Source of the DNA: a virus
Lineage: Duplodnaviria; Caudoviricetes
Direction: 5' to 3' (one strand)
DNA length: 64,000 bases
IMG/VR virus record: IMGVR_UViG_3300042900_000746
Span: 69,871 to 133,870 of that record
Every line of letters begins with the position of its first letter. Positions within the stretch are counted from its first letter, which is position 1. A program made the position numbers and the translations under genes. Under the pieces are notes generated by a model. That model made no database searches. It was given only the letters and a program-made list of their open reading frames with translations, and was not told where the DNA came from. Shown here one piece after another: positions 30,412-40,462 of the stretch.

Positions 30412-32044
30412 TGATTTCATCCTTTTCATCATTTGTATAAACTATAGTATACTCTGATTCAAGCGCATTTTCAACTAGTGTCAACCAAGCGTTATCTGAT
30501 CTTCTAATATTTGCTGAGCTGCTTCTTCCCTGCTGATTAGTCGGGCGAATTACATTACCCGCACCTTTTCTTTTATTAGGAAGATTTGTTTGACCTTTTT
30601 GTGCTGGCTCTTGTTTGTCGGCGTTCATAGTGGCGTCTTTAGACTTCAGTGAAGCACTTAGTTCTGTTTGTTTTTTATTCGCATTTATTTGAATTTGTGA
30701 TTGAATAGCTGCATAGAAATCTTTTGGATCGTGATCGGCGTCCATGCCTAATTCCATTCTAGCTTCTGACAGTCCTATTAAATTACTTGTAAACTTTTGA
30801 ATAGTATGAGTTTCTTTTTTAACTTGAGTATCAACATCTATTTCGTTGAACTTAAAGTAACAACGATCTGACGCATCACTTTCAAGTGGATTAGTCATAG
30901 GGTCAAATCCACCTTCAAGTAAAAGCTCATTAAACAAATGTACTCTTACCATTTCAGAGAAAAGCTTTTGATATTGCTTGACCTTGTCGTAAAGAGCTGT
31001 ATCCAATCTATCTGTCATTGATCTGTTACCGCCGCCCATTGACATACCAAGGTGATGAGGCGCAACACCCAATCCAACAGATACTCTTTCCTTAAAATGA
31101 TCAAGATACTTAGATGCATCGAGTGCGGTATTGGCAGCCCCGATAACTTCTATGTTGTGACGGAAAGGTAAAATCAATCCACCTTCTGCTCTAAGATTTT
31201 CTAATTCTTGGCCAGCGGTGCTTATCTCATGAGGTTCTGCTGGTTGATCTGCAGTTCCTATGGTGTACTTGTACAATGGGAATAGTTCTCTATGAACCAG
31301 GTTTTGAATATCCTCTTCGATTTGTCGAAGAGCGACAATGTCATCCAAGGCCGATTCTATGAATGGCGTCCCAAATGCTCTGCCAGTTTTCTTGTCGATA
31401 TAGACATGAATGACTTTGTCTGCGCTCCATACAGGGTCACGATCTGATGGCATATACGTCAGCGGATCTGTGCTCTGTTCATACTTCTGTGGTCTATTGT
31501 GTCTATCTCTTAAAATCCTTACTTGCTCAGTAGGTATTAAGTAATAACCAACAACAGGCTGACTAGCATTGACTCCCTCTAAAGGACTTGGAAAGTATTC
31601 TGATATGTCTCCACGTGCCTTAACAATGAATGCGTTCCCATATTTAAAGAGATGATCTGTGACTTCTATTAGAAAATCTAAGAAAGGGCGCTTCATTGCC
31701 AATTCCATATAATCTATTCTTTGATATAAGTAGGAAATTGCTTCAGGATTTTCACCTACAATTTTCCAATTTTCTTTCCAGAATAACTCTTTATATTTAT
31801 TTAAAGCCTGCTTTACATATGAATCGGTGTCAGCTGCCTGCATGATTCTATGGAAATCATACGGAGAAGGTTCGAATGTAGATCTTTTGCTATAAAAATA
31901 AGTATTACCTTGAAAACCGAGAGCTAACGATGCGACTTTCATCGATCTACTAACTGATTTGATTTCTTCGCCATCTAGTGCTTTGGCTGTAAAATTATTA
32001 TTTTTATCAACTTGCCTAAACGGCAAATAGTCAAAGACTGCCAT
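30386..32044 (-). CDS. Portal protein
   Basis: ~550 aa; LFKYGNAF, FGTPFIESALDDI and RVSVGLGV portal-type motifs; lies upstream of the protease and capsid genes. Confidence 0.8.
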   Translation of the reverse strand: MAVFDYLPFRQVDKNNNFTAKALDGEEIKSVSRSMKVASLALGFQGNTYFYSKRSTFEPSPYDFHRIMQAADTDSYVKQALNKYKELFWKENWKIVGENPEAISYLYQRIDYMELAMKRPFLDFLIEVTDHLFKYGNAFIVKARGDISEYFPSPLEGVNASQPVVGYYLIPTEQVRILRDRHNRPQKYEQSTDPLTYMPSDRDPVWSADKVIHVYIDKKTGRAFGTPFIESALDDIVALRQIEEDIQNLVHRELFPLYKYTIGTADQPAEPHEISTAGQELENLRAEGGLILPFRHNIEVIGAANTALDASKYLDHFKERVSVGLGVAPHHLGMSMGGGNRSMTDRLDTALYDKVKQYQKLFSEMVRVHLFNELLLEGGFDPMTNPLESDASDRCYFKFNEIDVDTQVKKETHTIQKFTSNLIGLSEARMELGMDADHDPKDFYAAIQSQIQINANKKQTELSASLKSKDATMNADKQEPAQKGQTNLPNKRKGAGNVIRPTNQQGRSSSANIRRSDNAWLTLVENALESEYTIVYTNDEKDEINVEQNDNK

Positions 32045-32107
32045 GTATCTCTCCAATATGAAAACTATATATAATAGTAGCTAAAGTGGTGTTTTTTTAT
32101 AAGTTAA

Positions 32108-32335
32108 TCAGTTAACGTCGAGATTAGCTTTATCAAAAGCGTTTTTCATAATGATATTTTTAACAGCTTCAATCCAAAAAATTGTCTCTGCTTCATTAAA
32201 ATCGCTTCTGTACTGGAGATTTGCATTTGAAATCTTAATTTCAATTGAAAATTCCTTAGCTTCTACTGGCTCAGTTGTTTGAATTTCTTCAATTATTTCA
32301 GTTGTTTCTTCTGACATTTTATTTACCTCACTCAA
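32108..32335 (-). CDS. Hypothetical protein (75 aa)
   Basis: Co-oriented small ORF overlapping its upstream neighbour. Confidence 0.6.
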   Translation of the reverse strand: MSEVNKMSEETTEIIEEIQTTEPVEAKEFSIEIKISNANLQYRSDFNEAETIFWIEAVKNIIMKNAFDKANLDVN

Positions 32336-32519
32336 AGTTGTCTGTTTTTGTTTGTTTAATTGTTTTTTCTGTTTTACCTGGTTGCATTGCAGCGATTAAG
32401 TTTGCGACTTTGATGTTCAGCTGCTTAATCGTTGCCTCTTTTATGACCAAATCGGTTGTTAACTGGCCAATTTTTTCGCTGAATGTTTGAACTAGAATGT
32501 TAATATCTAAATCGTCCAT
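32328..32519 (-). CDS. Small coiled-coil protein (63 aa)
   Basis: AAAGGT RBS upstream; heptad pattern typical of fibre-associated chaperones. Confidence 0.6.
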   Translation of the reverse strand: MDDLDINILVQTFSEKIGQLTTDLVIKEATIKQLNIKVANLIAAMQPGKTEKTIKQTKTDNFE

Positions 32520-32555
32520 ATTTACCTTTCGTCAAAATTCTAAACAATTATTATA

Positions 32556-33698
32556 TCACATTGGATAGGAGTCTAGCAGAGTATTTACGTATACTTCTTG
32601 ATCATTTAGTCTTTTAGAATATGTTCGATACATTTCCATAATCCAATGTTTAACGAATTCTGGCACTATCGGATCCTCTTGATCTTTAATAAGTAGTGTG
32701 GAATCATTCTTGATATACTTTTCTACCGTTTGTGCAGGTATCTCTAGTAAAGCATTTCTCACTTCTAAGGGCATTTGAATCGCTCTGAGCACCCTATCGC
32801 TAATCACTGCTATTGGTTCCCTATTGCCAAACTCCAAATACGCTAGACCCCATTCTATGATAAGTCTAAGCAATTCTTCCAAGGTAGAGCCTATACACTG
32901 CGGGTGTATGGCCCAAAGACTTTTTGAATCTTCTTTAGAAAATTGGTCTATGTAATCTTGATCAATTTCATCGTATGTGATAATTGCATGTGGTGCTAAA
33001 TCTAAAACTGTTTCATGTCTAGTTACAATCTTAAATTTACCTAAGGGATTATCATCTAGTCTTTGTATTCCATGATTAGAAATTGTTTTAGACATAAAAT
33101 CCATTGTTCCATGAGTTATGTCTTCAAAACTTTTAATCATATAATTATTATTAGAGCAAACATCACCATAAAAACTTTCACTATATGTTGGAACTGCTCT
33201 CCACAATAGGAAGCCTCTATATTTTCTTTCGCATGGATTTCTTAATTCAATATCCCAGTTAAGTCTATTTTGATTCCATGAATAAGTGAACTCTACTGAA
33301 AGCTTTGGTTCCTCAACTGGAGGTCTCCAACAATTCATATCTTTATTCCAGACCCAGTTATTATACGGTTGCTTTTCTTGGTCTTTATTATCCACTAAAT
33401 CATCAAAAGAGGAATGTGATATTGTTAAAATATCTGAATTTTCCCCTATAGCTTTTGCTTGAATCCCGGCTTGACTATTAAGAAATGTGATTAATTGTTT
33501 TAAAGTATAAATTTTAATATTAAAAAAATTAATTGATTCCTTTTTTAAATTAGAAATCTTAAAATTGTCATCAACTTGAGACACACTTATCCCTTCATGC
33601 GTTTCGAGTATAATTTGATCAGAAGAAGGAATGTATTTTTTTAAAACGTCGTAAATATTAATCGCTTGATTTTCTTTTAAAAAAGTAATATATTTCAT
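32556..33698 (-). CDS. Hypothetical fibre-associated protein (380 aa)
   Basis: N-terminus paralogous to 33709..34035; Trp/Pro-rich segment QPYNNWVWN...WRPP...YSWNQNRLNW. Confidence 0.65.
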   Translation of the reverse strand: MKYITFLKENQAINIYDVLKKYIPSSDQIILETHEGISVSQVDDNFKISNLKKESINFFNIKIYTLKQLITFLNSQAGIQAKAIGENSDILTISHSSFDDLVDNKDQEKQPYNNWVWNKDMNCWRPPVEEPKLSVEFTYSWNQNRLNWDIELRNPCERKYRGFLLWRAVPTYSESFYGDVCSNNNYMIKSFEDITHGTMDFMSKTISNHGIQRLDDNPLGKFKIVTRHETVLDLAPHAIITYDEIDQDYIDQFSKEDSKSLWAIHPQCIGSTLEELLRLIIEWGLAYLEFGNREPIAVISDRVLRAIQMPLEVRNALLEIPAQTVEKYIKNDSTLLIKDQEDPIVPEFVKHWIMEMYRTYSKRLNDQEVYVNTLLDSYPM

Positions 33699-33708
33699 AA
33701 ATTACACC

Positions 33709-34035
33709 TTAATGTTCAGTTGATTCATCAAACGGAGGGGGCGTACTTGTGTCGAATATATCCCTACGTCCATTCATAACTTCTAATGAATAATCGGAAT
33801 TATTATTTACAAATTCTTTTAGTTCTTCAATTGAATGAATTTTAATATTAAAAAAGTTAATTGATTCTTCTGTCAAATTTGAAAAATCAAAATCATCATC
33901 AACTTTGGAAATAGATAATTGACCAAAATAAGAATTAAGTAAAAAAAATGCTTTATCACTAGACGGGAAAAGGGTACCTAAAGTTTCGTATATATTTATA
34001 TTATTCTTATATTGACAAAACGTTACATATTTCAT
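33709..34035 (-). CDS. Hypothetical protein, paralog of the N-terminus of 32556..33698
   Basis: Shared MKY.TF, INIY, VDD.F..SNL..ESINFFNIKI. Confidence 0.65.
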   Translation of the reverse strand: MKYVTFCQYKNNINIYETLGTLFPSSDKAFFLLNSYFGQLSISKVDDDFDFSNLTEESINFFNIKIHSIEELKEFVNNNSDYSLEVMNGRRDIFDTSTPPPFDESTEH

Positions 34036-34041
34036 TTTTTT

Positions 34042-36195
34042 TTAATCATCCAATGTTTCATAGGTTGCTTGTAGTTGCACTTCTGTTACTGTAGCATAGT
34101 ATAGATTATCGCCCGAATAAAGAGCTGAATCTATATCGAAAGATATATTATACGGTGGAGAGTTTAGCACATCTGGAGTTACTATATATGTCTGATATGC
34201 CGACAGATTATTTATATCACCATATTGTGTATAATTGATTCCATCAACAACGAGACTAGATATTCGAGGTGAACCAGTAGGGCCAACCCTAATGGAGAAC
34301 TTATATAGTTTTGCATTCCTATGACCATCGGGTAATGACGGAGTAAAGTTTGCCGAGAATGATTCTGTCACTCTGGATGATACTTTGGTAGTTGTAGGAA
34401 TCGTATATGTCGCAGATCCTGATGCCACACAGAGTGGAACATCAGCTCCATATTCACCATCGGTTTGTGTAAAGTAGTTATCTGCCGCTGATGTATAATT
34501 ACTAGTTCCACCAAAAACGCTAACATCATTACCAGCTGTTTTGTAAACAAATAAGGTGCCACCAAAAGAGTTAGTATTGTTAGCTGGCGTTGTTCCTCTT
34601 GGTGCTAAAAATACCGTTGATCCAGAAGACGACATCACAAAGTATCGTTGATTAAAAGCGCTATTACTGCTACTTACAACGGTAACCTCATCTGCGTATT
34701 GTAGAATACATCTTGAATCTGACTCTAAAGCCAGTATGACATATGGTGAGTACGCGGTACTTCTTGCTATAGAAGAAATGCCATATCTCAAGCTAGTTAC
34801 TGTCGTAGTAATTGATGGGTATGAGGATGAAATTGCGTGATTGGAGTCTAAAAAGTAAAGGTTTTGGGCATAATAGGCAGTGCGCGCAAAGGCTGTTATT
34901 ACTTTAAACTCCGTAGCAGTTCCAGATACATTACGATATGGATAAGAAAACCATATAGAACCTTGATTCCCATCTGAACCCATGGAAGAAGAATATCCTG
35001 AGGCGTTAGAACTCGATGTTGTACTACTGGCTGATATCCAGCCAGTAGTTTTAGTAGTCCATGTTTTTCCTCTTATTGCTTCAGTGTACTGTCCATTATT
35101 ACTCCATGGCCCATATATCCCAAGGTCAGAATAATATACTCTTGCTCTAAATCGGTATTCTCTTGTTTGAACTACGGAGAAATTTTGTCCATAATAACTT
35201 GTACTAGTTCCGGTAACAACTTCAGTTCCAAAGAATGTAGTAGTTCCCAACCAAGATAAAGTACCACGTGATCTATATTGCCATTCCCACTGAATTTTTG
35301 CATTACCGTTATTATACGCATTAATATCAGTAAGTATGGCTAAATTGGTATCCCAAGTATATAGATCAATCCTAAACGGTATGGTTGCAATATGAAGTGG
35401 ATACGTGCTTGTTGCACTAGAAAAAGAACTATAAGTACTAGAAGAGTCTACTGGCGATCCATAGTAAGTTCTTGCACGACAATAGTATGGAGTGTTCGGC
35501 GTCAAGCCAGTAAATTGGACTGTTCTAGAAGCAGTTGTATTATCTAGGGGAAGAATACTACTATTAAGTACTTGTACCGGTGCACTTCCGTTTTCTGTCC
35601 ATATTTCAAATCGAATATATGCTGCAACTCCGTTAGTTGAATAGTTGGAGCTAGAGCTTGATGAAAATGACAGTTTTGTGGAACTGATTGTTCCTGTATT
35701 TATTGGTGTTGTTGGAGTTGTTTTTGAATAGGATGCTGTTGAGGCATTGAGTGTTGATACCGCACTAAATCCTATGAAAGTTCCCTCTGCGTCATAGAAT
35801 GCGATGTAACTAGAAAAGTTATAGGACGTTCCTGGACTTAGATCAGAAAAAGTAAATGTTTGATTTATTGCGCTGGTTGTTGGATCAACTGGGCTACTCT
35901 GAAAGTTTCCTGGGTTACTTGTTCTATACGCATAAACTTCTTTGTTATCAGAACCTGATGCTATGACTCTAACAGTAACAGAAGTCGGAGTTGCACTTAC
36001 AAAGCTAAACGCTGGAGGAGTGTTATTTGTTATTCTTGAATAAAAAGTTGACCAATCATTTGGTCCCGCACCAGTTTTAATCTCTCCTTTATTAACACTT
36101 GCCCAATCATTAGCTCCAGCTCCTGTTTTAATTTGTAGATTAGTTACAGTTGTCCAATCGTTGGCTCCAGGTCCTGTTTTAATTTGTATAGTCAT
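34042..36195 (-). CDS. Tail fibre/receptor-binding protein with FN3-like domains
   Basis: Three IKTG(P/A)G(A/P)NDW repeats, then FSDLSPGTSY and FTGLTPNTPY FN3 signatures and YRFRARV. Confidence 0.7.
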   Translation of the reverse strand: MTIQIKTGPGANDWTTVTNLQIKTGAGANDWASVNKGEIKTGAGPNDWSTFYSRITNNTPPAFSFVSATPTSVTVRVIASGSDNKEVYAYRTSNPGNFQSSPVDPTTSAINQTFTFSDLSPGTSYNFSSYIAFYDAEGTFIGFSAVSTLNASTASYSKTTPTTPINTGTISSTKLSFSSSSSSNYSTNGVAAYIRFEIWTENGSAPVQVLNSSILPLDNTTASRTVQFTGLTPNTPYYCRARTYYGSPVDSSSTYSSFSSATSTYPLHIATIPFRIDLYTWDTNLAILTDINAYNNGNAKIQWEWQYRSRGTLSWLGTTTFFGTEVVTGTSTSYYGQNFSVVQTREYRFRARVYYSDLGIYGPWSNNGQYTEAIRGKTWTTKTTGWISASSTTSSSNASGYSSSMGSDGNQGSIWFSYPYRNVSGTATEFKVITAFARTAYYAQNLYFLDSNHAISSSYPSITTTVTSLRYGISSIARSTAYSPYVILALESDSRCILQYADEVTVVSSSNSAFNQRYFVMSSSGSTVFLAPRGTTPANNTNSFGGTLFVYKTAGNDVSVFGGTSNYTSAADNYFTQTDGEYGADVPLCVASGSATYTIPTTTKVSSRVTESFSANFTPSLPDGHRNAKLYKFSIRVGPTGSPRISSLVVDGINYTQYGDINNLSAYQTYIVTPDVLNSPPYNISFDIDSALYSGDNLYYATVTEVQLQATYETLDD

Positions 36196-36204
36196 AATAA
36201 AGTC

Positions 36205-37857
36205 CTAAGAAAGATATATATCTCCAATAGCGCCATCAGTTGGCCTTCCGTTATTAGCCTGACCAGGCATACTATACTTGATATTTCTTAGAATCATAGT
36301 ATTTAAAGCTCCGCCATTAGTTGTCACGCCAGTGGTAAAGCCACTGATAGTTGGTGTAACAACTCCACCACTAAACCAAGCTATTCCACTTGGAGACATA
36401 AGTGCCAAATTTCCTCCACTTTGCACAAAAATACTACCAGGAAAAGCTGCTAGTGAATCTGTTCCTGTTCCTATGCTCCAGCCACCTATTGATCCAGATG
36501 ATGCAGATATTACTCCAGTAAAAGATGCTACCCCATCTGAACCTATTGAAACAGTATTCGTTCCTGCGGCATTAAATGCTTTTATTCCTGTTGAATTTAT
36601 TTGCAGTCTTGCTCCACTCGATCCAGTTTGAACATTTACAGTACCTAGATTGATTGTTCCAGTAGTAATAACTCCACCACTAATCGAGGTTACGTTAGAG
36701 TTTACTTGTGCCCCAGTAATTAAACTTGTTGCTGCAGTACCGCCAATAGTTAGAGTATTTCCATTCCAACTCAATTGATCTTTTAAGGAAAATTGACCAG
36801 CGTTGTCAACATAGAATGCTGTGTTCGCATTATTAAAAGTTCCTGTTCCAAAGTATATCTTTGTAGGGGCTATAGTTAGTCCTGCAATTGTTCCACCAGT
36901 AATCGGATCTCCGTTATCAAATGTCCCAGGAGTTGTTCCATCTGCAAACTGCAAGGTTCCTCTTATAGATAGAGCTGTACCATTCCATGAAACAAAATTA
37001 GTCGCATTTCCAGTTCTGAACTGTCCGTTGGTGTACCAATAGTTGAATCCTCCAGAGCCCAGTGTCATTCCACCTGCACCAGCATTTATGGAGTCATTAA
37101 TATTTAACAGGTTTCCGCCTGAACCCACACTGATACTATCTGCAGCTAAGTTTGCTTGGACCTGAACATCAGATCCAATTGTTATACTGTCATTGTCATA
37201 CGTAATACCATCTGGTCCACCTAAACTAAAACTACCATCTCCTTTAATCTGCCACCCTTGTAATCCAAAAGTGTCACTATAAGTAGTGGACTGGATAATT
37301 GAATTTGCTCCAAGAAGATTAATGGTATGTGATCCAATTGTTCCAGCAGTTAATTTTGAAACGGTTAAAGATCCAATATATTGGTTATCAATTAAAGGAG
37401 TGTGTGGATCAGTTTGAACTAATGAAGTCCATGGTCCTACATTCCCGGTTGTGTCGATAGTTCTTGCTCTACCCCAAAAAGGCAAAAGCCCCTCATCTGG
37501 ATCATATTCTTCCTCTAATTGAAGATTACTTACTCTGACAGTGAAAACATTGGCGTCAGCGAAGCCAGTTAATGGACCAGTTTCATCAGACATATCAGAA
37601 TTTTGATATAATTCATATTCATATCTACTTATATCTAAGTCTTGGCTATAATCAAAAACAAACATAACATTTTCTAAGCCAGCAAAAAGTTGAAGACTAG
37701 TTAATGCAGAAGGTGTTGTTGTGTCGGTTGGAACTTGAAATCTAATGGTATCGGAATAATCAGAAAGAACATTTAAATCAGAGTTTTTAGCCCTGACGGT
37801 AAGAACATATTCTTTTCCAGGCTTTAAATTTTCTATTTTCTTTTTTATAATAGCCAT
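36205..37857 (-). CDS. Tail fibre/host-specificity-like protein
   Basis: ENLKPGKEY FN3 motif, SLTVSKLTAGTI and Gly-rich beta repeats (SGSIGGW); start placed at MAIIKK. Confidence 0.65.
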   Translation of the reverse strand: MAIIKKKIENLKPGKEYVLTVRAKNSDLNVLSDYSDTIRFQVPTDTTTPSALTSLQLFAGLENVMFVFDYSQDLDISRYEYELYQNSDMSDETGPLTGFADANVFTVRVSNLQLEEEYDPDEGLLPFWGRARTIDTTGNVGPWTSLVQTDPHTPLIDNQYIGSLTVSKLTAGTIGSHTINLLGANSIIQSTTYSDTFGLQGWQIKGDGSFSLGGPDGITYDNDSITIGSDVQVQANLAADSISVGSGGNLLNINDSINAGAGGMTLGSGGFNYWYTNGQFRTGNATNFVSWNGTALSIRGTLQFADGTTPGTFDNGDPITGGTIAGLTIAPTKIYFGTGTFNNANTAFYVDNAGQFSLKDQLSWNGNTLTIGGTAATSLITGAQVNSNVTSISGGVITTGTINLGTVNVQTGSSGARLQINSTGIKAFNAAGTNTVSIGSDGVASFTGVISASSGSIGGWSIGTGTDSLAAFPGSIFVQSGGNLALMSPSGIAWFSGGVVTPTISGFTTGVTTNGGALNTMILRNIKYSMPGQANNGRPTDGAIGDIYLS

Positions 37858-37858
37858 G

Positions 37859-38776
37859 TTATCTGATTCCACCTATAGATACAAAAACTGCTTGATCACT
37901 AATTTCTTCTTTGCCAATAGTTAAGTATAAATTATAACTAAAAGAATAAGAAGATATTTTAACGTTATTCCCAGAGGATATAATATTTTTATCGGCAATT
38001 GTTTGAAGTTCTAAATTATAATCTCGATAATTTAAATCATTATTTTCATATAAAAGAACATTTTGTTGCGACGCTGAATTATAACAATCTACAGTTGTCC
38101 AGTCAAGCTCTAATTCCATATTGGGAAATTGTGTATTTTGTAAACCGGTTAATTTAAATTTAAATTTACCGTAATCTGGTCCTTTATTTCCATATATCTG
38201 AATACTTGGTCCCGTAAAAGTAAAGTACAATTTTGCGCCTGGATTTGAGGCAAGCCCGTTATCCCAATCGAGGTTTGAATTTATGAATGAAAAGTTATAG
38301 GATGATTCCGAGCCAGCGACTACATCATAATCAGTTACATCTACTTGAGAGAATGCTGAATTAAATTCAGCTTGTTCTGCTGAAGTAACTTGGTAATCTT
38401 CAGAGTTAAATAATTTAATGTATCGTAAGTTTCCAGTTTTGTAATATATACTATATTGACTTATTGTTTCTATATCTGCGGCATGATCTTCTGCAGCTTG
38501 AAAATACAACGTATTATTATTAATGATATTATTTACTGGAGTAAATTCAGAGTCTGACCCAATAGTTTCATAAACTACTAGATATGAAGAATGGTCGTTT
38601 AAAAGATCTAAAGAACTATTATAATATTTTTCTATTTCCAGATCAGTTACATCTATGAATAGCCATGTATCTTTTAATATTTTATCATTAGGCGTGAACT
38701 TGTTAATAGTTCTTTTGACGAGCGGATAAGAATAAGCTGTGGATTCTCCTTGTTTAAAATATTTAAACCATGTCAT
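37859..38776 (-). CDS. Virion protein with carbohydrate-binding-like C-terminal domain
   Basis: FTFTGPSIQIYG.KGPDYG motif typical of jelly-roll/CBM-like domains. Confidence 0.5.
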   Translation of the reverse strand: MTWFKYFKQGESTAYSYPLVKRTINKFTPNDKILKDTWLFIDVTDLEIEKYYNSSLDLLNDHSSYLVVYETIGSDSEFTPVNNIINNNTLYFQAAEDHAADIETISQYSIYYKTGNLRYIKLFNSEDYQVTSAEQAEFNSAFSQVDVTDYDVVAGSESSYNFSFINSNLDWDNGLASNPGAKLYFTFTGPSIQIYGNKGPDYGKFKFKLTGLQNTQFPNMELELDWTTVDCYNSASQQNVLLYENNDLNYRDYNLELQTIADKNIISSGNNVKISSYSFSYNLYLTIGKEEISDQAVFVSIGGIR

Positions 38777-38777
38777 A

Positions 38778-40454
38778 TTAAATTACTTCCGTATATAAAA
38801 TTTCATATTCATGAGTATTCAATGTAATGTCATCTACTTCAATAGAAATAATTGTATCAAATACTGGAATTCCGCCAGGAATTATATCAGACACAAATCC
38901 ATCAACTGTTACAGATAAAGGCTTGATGGCATATATTGCGTCAGTTGTATTTTGAATTCTAATATTATCATAATCGATATCTGTAGACTTAATTCGATGA
39001 GAACCATCTGATCCCGTGTGCGCGTGCTCACTTAGGTCAACTCCATCTATAGTAATTCCTTCTTCTACGAATATATCTCCAGTAATATTTCCTTTATCTT
39101 TTAATAAATACTGAGGATGATCATTATCTAATAATCCATCAAGTCGCGAATGACTAGATAGGAATGTATTATTTCTATTGGTATTAGTATAAATATTTCT
39201 AAATAATGCAGAATAAATATCATTTTCTACTGTTTTTAAAACTTGTCTTTTTTGGACAGATTTGTTTCCTAATTGAGAAATATAGTTTGCGTACTTTCTT
39301 TTTTCGTGAATTAAAGACATCATGGAATCTACGCGTGCAGACATCATTTCAAATCTCTGCATACAGTCCGCATGGATAGAGGCAAAGTTTCCTTTTATCA
39401 GATTTGTAGCGACTACTAACTCTCCGGATAACATTGGATTATCTTTAGAAAATCTGGTTGTTAAAAAATCAAATTCTAACGGATTGGATATATCCTTAGA
39501 TATTCTTAATGACGGACTAATAAATCTATTATAAAATATTTCACAATTATCTACTAAATCTCTTTTTAGTGAGGCTATTTGATCATTAATTTCAGCGTCG
39601 ACTGCGTTTAATCTAATCGCAAAAAAAGCTTGGAATTGAGCGGCTTGTTTTTTAGATATCTTATCCAGTTCGGCATCGGGTATTTCTGCTGGCTTTGAAA
39701 CGATTGTTTTTGCAATCCGTTGCGAATAGTGTACTGCGATTTTCCCCCATGTGTCATATTGTAACGCGATTTGCTGCTGTGTTGGATTTTCATATTCATC
39801 CCCAAAATCAAGTAGTAGTGAATTTTTAATATAACTAATTTCATTTAAAAATAAGTTTAATAATTTTCTTAATTGATAAAAATATGAGAATGTTGCTTGA
39901 GTTACGGCTTGATCATATTCATTAACTAATCTTCTTCCTGCTGTAGATGCGTGTCTTTCGGCAAATAAATATTCGTCGAAACATATATATCCTGGTGGAT
40001 TATCTTTTGTTGCTGTGTCTGGGTTATTAATAATCGGCATGATGCTCATCTGGTCATCTTCTATGAATTCAGTTGTGCGAAAAACAGTTTCTTCTTTTTT
40101 ATCTGGGATATCCATTAGGGGCGATGCTTCGTTCCAAATTCTAAAGTGGGATTCTTCAAGATCTGGATCAAGATATGGATTAATATATATTTTTCTTAAT
40201 AAATTATTTTCTATATTATTTTTAGTGCCGACTAACATATTTTCAGAATTTAATATCTGCTGCTTAACAGAACTTAACGGAATAAAATAATCAGTTCTAA
40301 AGTTATAGTCTGAAGCGTTCGGAAGAATTGCTGCTAAACCTGGTGGCCTTTCATTTGTAGCAGTTTTGTCTCTGTAAAAAGTGTCGCCAAATTTATAATC
40401 TGCATATATTTCTTTGGAGTCAGTTGAGTAATTTTGGATATTGTTTATAGACAT
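38778..40454 (-). CDS. Hypothetical virion protein (558 aa)
   Basis: Helical middle part; C-terminal HSRLDGL..DHPQY and IDGVDLSEHAHTG fibre/spike-type motifs. Confidence 0.55.
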   Translation of the reverse strand: MSINNIQNYSTDSKEIYADYKFGDTFYRDKTATNERPPGLAAILPNASDYNFRTDYFIPLSSVKQQILNSENMLVGTKNNIENNLLRKIYINPYLDPDLEESHFRIWNEASPLMDIPDKKEETVFRTTEFIEDDQMSIMPIINNPDTATKDNPPGYICFDEYLFAERHASTAGRRLVNEYDQAVTQATFSYFYQLRKLLNLFLNEISYIKNSLLLDFGDEYENPTQQQIALQYDTWGKIAVHYSQRIAKTIVSKPAEIPDAELDKISKKQAAQFQAFFAIRLNAVDAEINDQIASLKRDLVDNCEIFYNRFISPSLRISKDISNPLEFDFLTTRFSKDNPMLSGELVVATNLIKGNFASIHADCMQRFEMMSARVDSMMSLIHEKRKYANYISQLGNKSVQKRQVLKTVENDIYSALFRNIYTNTNRNNTFLSSHSRLDGLLDNDHPQYLLKDKGNITGDIFVEEGITIDGVDLSEHAHTGSDGSHRIKSTDIDYDNIRIQNTTDAIYAIKPLSVTVDGFVSDIIPGGIPVFDTIISIEVDDITLNTHEYEILYTEVI

Positions 40455-40462
40455 AATAATCC

